Assembly: GCA_011364925.1 (NCBI GenBank)
Contig: RDOA01000004.1
Span: 66,265-130,264, forward strand
DNA from: Promethearchaeota archaeon
GTDB lineage: Archaea > Asgardarchaeota > Lokiarchaeia > Sigyniarchaeales > SOKP01
Reading direction: 5' to 3'
DNA length: 64,000 bases
Shown: positions 61,001 through 64,000 of the stretch, piece by piece
How positions within the stretch are numbered: position 1 is the stretch's first letter
How the letters are laid out: each line of letters starts with the position of its first letter
Notes under the pieces: generated by a model
What the model was told of the DNA's origin: nothing
The model's input: only the letters and a program-made list of their open reading frames with translations
Database searches by the model: none
Program-made: the position numbers and the translations under genes

Positions 61001-61522
61001 TTTAAGTGTATAGTCTATAGCTTTGGCTTTACATACACCTTTACAAAAACCACAACCTATACAAACTTCTTGATTAATTGAAAAAACTAAAGGAACTGCT
61101 TGAGGGAATTTTACAGATATAGCTGCTCTTTTCGAAAGTCCCTCGTTAAAAAAGTCAATCGCCTCCACGGGACATTCTTGAGCGCACACTCCGCAACCTG
61201 TGCATGTTTCTTGATCTAGATATAAGGATTTTTGTTTTAAATCGACCTTAAAATTACCCGCTTTCCCTGAAATTTTTTCGAGAGTTGTATTAATTAAAAG
61301 GTTTATATTTTCATGGCGTCCTGCAGCTACTAATTTTGGAGCAAGAATACATATGGCACAGTCATTTGTTGGAAAAGTTTTGTCTAACTGAGACATTACC
61401 CCACCGATACTCATTGTTGATTCTACTAGATAAACTTTATACCCAGAATCACCTAAATCCATCGAAGCTTGTATACCTGCTATTCCGCCTCCTATAACTA
61501 AAACCGAGCCAACTTTTTCCAT
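58061..61522 (-). CDS. hdrA: Tandem HdrA-HdrA-MvhD fusion flavoprotein
   Basis: Two GGGxAG FAD motifs, two CVGSR/YCSxxCC clusters, CHCG domain, ferredoxin motifs, C-terminal MvhD (FLCNWCSYAGAD, VMCSG, GCHIGDCHY). Confidence 0.93.
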   Translation of the reverse strand: MEKVGSVLVIGGGIAGIQASMDLGDSGYKVYLVESTMSIGGVMSQLDKTFPTNDCAICILAPKLVAAGRHENINLLINTTLEKISGKAGNFKVDLKQKSLYLDQETCTGCGVCAQECPVEAIDFFNEGLSKRAAISVKFPQAVPLVFSINQEVCIGCGFCKGVCKAKAIDYTLKDKKTSLNVGAVVLAPGFDEYDPEPTHHYGFGKFPNVVTSIQFERILSASGPHSGLILRPSDGIIPKKIAFLQCVGSRDKKHGAEYCSSVCCMYTAKEAVIAKEHMPLVQPTIFSMDIRACGKDFDKYIDRAQNEYGVRYIRSRISSVKEISESNDLILNYETENGEIVEEVFNLVILAVGAMPNRSTKELAKTLGVELNEEFFCKTKPFSPVETSKEGIYVCGMFSEPKDIPETVVEASAAAGAVNILLSEARNTLIEEKKLPKEIDIIGEPPRIGVFVCHCGINIAGVVDVADVVDYANKLPDVAYAEKNLYTCSADTQTNIKEKIKEYNLNRVIVASCTPRTHEPLFQATIREAGLNKYLFDLANIRDQCSWVHMHEPKEATEKAKDLVRMAIAKARNLIPLQEQHVSVIHKGLVIGGGVAGMTAALNLANQGFEVYLVEKGDKLGGFSKNVYQTIEKYDVQGLITDLIKKVDDHKLINVFLNAKINSIGGYVCNFTTRLTQGKNKEFKEFQHGIIIVATGAHEYQPKEGEFLYGNDDRVILQSELENLLFTNSEKINGAETIVMIQCVGSRNEEHPYCSRMCCSEAIKNAIKAKEVNPNLNIVIFYRDIRTYGFKEKFYNLAREKGIVFIRFDQENPPDIVKKGSRLSVNVVTPKLGKISIDTDFIALSAGIVSNGEENEELAKMLKVPVNSEKFFLEAHVKLRPSDFATDGIFLCGTARGSATISESIAQALSASSRATTILSKDILVTEGIISKVNPALCIGCNRCAEVCNYGAVGVRYEEGKMISEVNPLLCKGCGDCAAECPAEAITMSHFGTSQIEPMIAEAAHVEFGNGRPRIVAFLCNWCSYAGADLAGVSRYQYPPNVRTIRVMCSGGLPKRLILQAFLEGADGVFVGGCHIGDCHYIAGNQDTLRRTRDIESKLESIGINPERFLRKWVSASEGKLFSETMIEFVDKVKKLGPIESEYKNKSIKVSK

Positions 61523-61524
61523 TT

Positions 61525-62295
61525 TTATCCCCCCATAATTGAAATAAAAGTTGGTATTTCTTCGTTAATTTCATCGACATCGACCAAACCTCTTGACCTT
61601 AATACAACTATATGCTCTAACACTTCGCTCGCTTTGACGCCAATTTCATTTGCTATAGTAGGCACAGATTTACCCTTGCTTTTAATTTTTACAATAATTT
61701 TTTGACGAATGAATTCGTTTTGGATAACCTCATCAATTAAATTTTCAAATTTTTCTGCTGAAATTTGCTCTCCGTACACATTTCCATCATTGACTAATTC
61801 TCTTTGTCTAGCAATCAGTCCTCTTAATCTCGAATCTTCTAAAACATTTTTAACAGCTTCCAAATTGTCTCTTATTTCTGAATTCTTTTCTTTATTGTTT
61901 ATTGGAGATGTGCCTAGCTTTTGTATTTGATTAGTAAATTCAGATACGATTTGAGCAAATCTATTTCCTTCCGATGCAGAGACCCAATCCAAACGCATTC
62001 GTTCAGAAAAATTAATTAATTGTAGTAGTTTGTTTAAAGCGTTCATTTTAATTTCAGCTTCATAATTACCAGTTAAGTAATGACAGTCACCTAAGTGACA
62101 ACCTAAAACTAGCACTCCATCAATCCCATGGATGAACGCATCAGCGATAAATGAAGGGTCAACCCTACCAGAACACATAACGCGAATAACTCTTATATTA
62201 GGGGGATACTGAATTCGACTAACACCCGCGAGGTCCGCACCAGCATAAGAGCACCAATTGCATAAAAATCCTAAAATTTTCGGTTCAAATGTCAT
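61525..62295 (-). CDS. mvhD: MvhD [2Fe-2S] subunit with C-terminal winged-helix extension
   Basis: FLCNWCSYAGAD, VMCSGRV, GCHLGDCHY; C-terminal SVPTIANEIG...VLEHIVVLRSRGLV. Confidence 0.9.
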   Translation of the reverse strand: MTFEPKILGFLCNWCSYAGADLAGVSRIQYPPNIRVIRVMCSGRVDPSFIADAFIHGIDGVLVLGCHLGDCHYLTGNYEAEIKMNALNKLLQLINFSERMRLDWVSASEGNRFAQIVSEFTNQIQKLGTSPINNKEKNSEIRDNLEAVKNVLEDSRLRGLIARQRELVNDGNVYGEQISAEKFENLIDEVIQNEFIRQKIIVKIKSKGKSVPTIANEIGVKASEVLEHIVVLRSRGLVDVDEINEEIPTFISIMGG

Positions 62296-63972
62296 TTATG
62301 CTTCTCCTCCGTACGTGAGAATTTCTGCTCGTATTTGATCACCAGTAAAATGATGAATTATTATTGCTTTTTTAGGACAACTTGCTCCGCACACGCCACA
62401 TCCTTTACAAATTACTTTATTTACTCTGGCAGTATCGGTGCTTTCATCTTTGGTAATAGCTTTATACGGACAAATTTTAATACATGCCTCGCATCCTATG
62501 CATAATTCCTCAATTACTTCCGCAGTTGATCCTTCTACTTCTAAAGCGTCTTTCCATAATATTCTAGATGCCCGAGAAGCCGCTGCATTAGCTTGGCTAA
62601 TACTTTCAGCAATATCCGCAGGCCAATGTGCAGAACCACAAACGAAAACTCCATCCGTCGCAAAATCTACGGGTCTTAATTTTACATGAGCTTCTAAAAA
62701 GAAATTGTTTTCTTCAAGCGGGACTTTCAACATTTTTGCAAGCAGCGTTGAATCTTCATTTGCTACGAGAGGTGTAGATAAAACTACTAAATCTTGAGGT
62801 ATTTCAATTTCTTGATTCAATAAATCACTATACACTTTTACTAAATTTTTCTTTATTACAGGAGGCTTTTCGGGTATATATTTTACAAATAAAACACCCA
62901 TTTCTCTAGCTTTTCGATAATACTTTTCATATACCGTTCCATGTGCTTGTATATCCTGGAATAATATCGTAATATGTGCATCTGGATTTTTTTCCATAAC
63001 TAACATAGCATTTTTGATAGTGCTCATACAACAAATATTAGAGCAATATTTTCTTTCTTCATTACGGCAACCGACGCATAATATCATCGTAATATTGTTA
63101 GCAGCAACTTGATTGTTCTTCAGTAAACCTTCTAAATCTAGTTGGCTAATTATATTTTTACCATTGTACCCATAATATCCTTTAGGTGTTAATGGTGTAG
63201 CACCAGTTGCTATAATTATTGTACCAGCTTCGACTTCATTTATTTTATTATTTTGATTAATAGAAACTTTGTAATTTCCAATAAAACCATCAACTTTTTC
63301 GATTACACTCGATTTGTAAACTTTAATTTTCTTATGCGATTCAATTAACTTAATAGAATCCAATAGTTTCGAAGCTTCCTCATTACTCGGATACACTTTA
63401 TTAAGGGATTTGAGGAGTCCTCCTAACTCTGGTTCTTTTTCGATTAGTGAAACTTCAAAACCTTGATTACCTAAATTTAGAGCTGCTGTCATTCCCGAAA
63501 TTCCACCACCTATAACTATAGCTGATTGATTAACTGATACTTTTATTCTTTCTAATGGCTCCAATAAAGCTGCCTTATAAACACTCATCCTAATGAGATC
63601 CTTTGCCTTTTCCAATCCTTTCTCAGGTTCTTTCATATGAACCCAAGAGTCTTGATCTCTAATATTTACCATTTCGAATAAGTAAGGATTTAAACCTGCT
63701 TCTTCGCATATAGCTCTAAACAATGGTTCATGCGTCCTAGGGGAACAAGAAGCCACGATAACGCGATTTAACTTTTGTTCTTTTATATTTTCTTTAATTT
63801 CAGTTAATCCTACTTCGGAACATGTGTAAAGGTTATCTGCGGAGTAAGTTACATGAGGTAAAGTTTTTGCATACTCAGCTAAAGAAGGAACATCTAATAC
63901 ACCACCTATATTCGTCCCACAATGGCACACAAATACTCCAATTCTGATATCTTCTTCTGGCATTCTACTCAC
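62296..63972 (-). CDS. hdrA: Heterodisulfide reductase subunit A-like flavoprotein
   Basis: IGVFVCHCG, CSPRTHE, GGGISG, YCSNICC, C-terminal 2x[4Fe-4S]; may start at ATG 63963. Confidence 0.93.
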   Translation of the reverse strand: MSRMPEEDIRIGVFVCHCGTNIGGVLDVPSLAEYAKTLPHVTYSADNLYTCSEVGLTEIKENIKEQKLNRVIVASCSPRTHEPLFRAICEEAGLNPYLFEMVNIRDQDSWVHMKEPEKGLEKAKDLIRMSVYKAALLEPLERIKVSVNQSAIVIGGGISGMTAALNLGNQGFEVSLIEKEPELGGLLKSLNKVYPSNEEASKLLDSIKLIESHKKIKVYKSSVIEKVDGFIGNYKVSINQNNKINEVEAGTIIIATGATPLTPKGYYGYNGKNIISQLDLEGLLKNNQVAANNITMILCVGCRNEERKYCSNICCMSTIKNAMLVMEKNPDAHITILFQDIQAHGTVYEKYYRKAREMGVLFVKYIPEKPPVIKKNLVKVYSDLLNQEIEIPQDLVVLSTPLVANEDSTLLAKMLKVPLEENNFFLEAHVKLRPVDFATDGVFVCGSAHWPADIAESISQANAAASRASRILWKDALEVEGSTAEVIEELCIGCEACIKICPYKAITKDESTDTARVNKVICKGCGVCGASCPKKAIIIHHFTGDQIRAEILTYGGEA

Positions 63973-63998
63973 ACCTTCATTACTATTTCTGCTGCTTT
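63969..63998 (-). CDS. 3' end of an upstream gene, probably another HdrA module (partial)
   Basis: Reads KAAEIVMKV*; its TGA overlaps the GTG of the next gene; resembles the AAAxKA end of HdrA FAD domains. Confidence 0.5.
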   Translation of the reverse strand, partial: KAAEIVMKV

Positions 63999-64000
63999 AG

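Noticed and set aside
58061-64000. Selenocysteine (UGA) recoding in HdrA/MvhD
   Set aside because: All catalytic Cys motifs are intact with no in-frame TGA. The TGA at 63969-63971 is a stop/start overlap, and readthrough would not enter the hdrA frame.
1-64000. Short antisense or overlapping ORFs in the track (e.g. 134-409, 12164-12532, 27219-27587, 40981-41367, 58719-59093)
   Set aside because: They lie inside well-supported genes and have no motifs; treated as shadow ORFs.
1-64000. CRISPR arrays, tRNA/rRNA, IS elements, prophage
   Set aside because: No spaced repeats, cloverleaf sequences, transposase, integrase or capsid motifs were seen by eye. A tRNAscan/Infernal run would be the formal check.

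Overview
A gene-dense, AT-rich window of archaeal core chromosome, most likely from an Asgard archaeon of the Lokiarchaeia type. That assignment is inferred from archaeal informational genes (Rpo3, eL18, uL13, uS9, thermosome, Lsm) together with a Rag-like GTPase, an MglA-like GTPase, an SDS22-type LRR protein, a PPP phosphatase, and HdrA/MvhD/Fwd-type C1 genes. I found no rRNA, tRNA, CRISPR array or mobile element. Main points of interest: (1) an hdrA-hdrA-mvhD(wHTH)-hdrA2/mvhD-metV-metF-lrp operon that looks like a flavin-bifurcating methylene-pterin reductase module, with a second stand-alone metV-metF pair and a MesC-like methionine synthase; (2) an hsp20-cdc48-ArsR-zincin proteostasis operon preceded by a 7-5-7 palindromic operator candidate; (3) a circularly permuted TTL/YheCD-like ATP-grasp ligase near a very acidic Cys4 mini-protein and an unannotated Zn-finger ORF; (4) two genes that seem to need non-canonical ATT/ATA starts, or A11 slippage in one case. 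All calls come from reading motifs by eye; no database searches were run.
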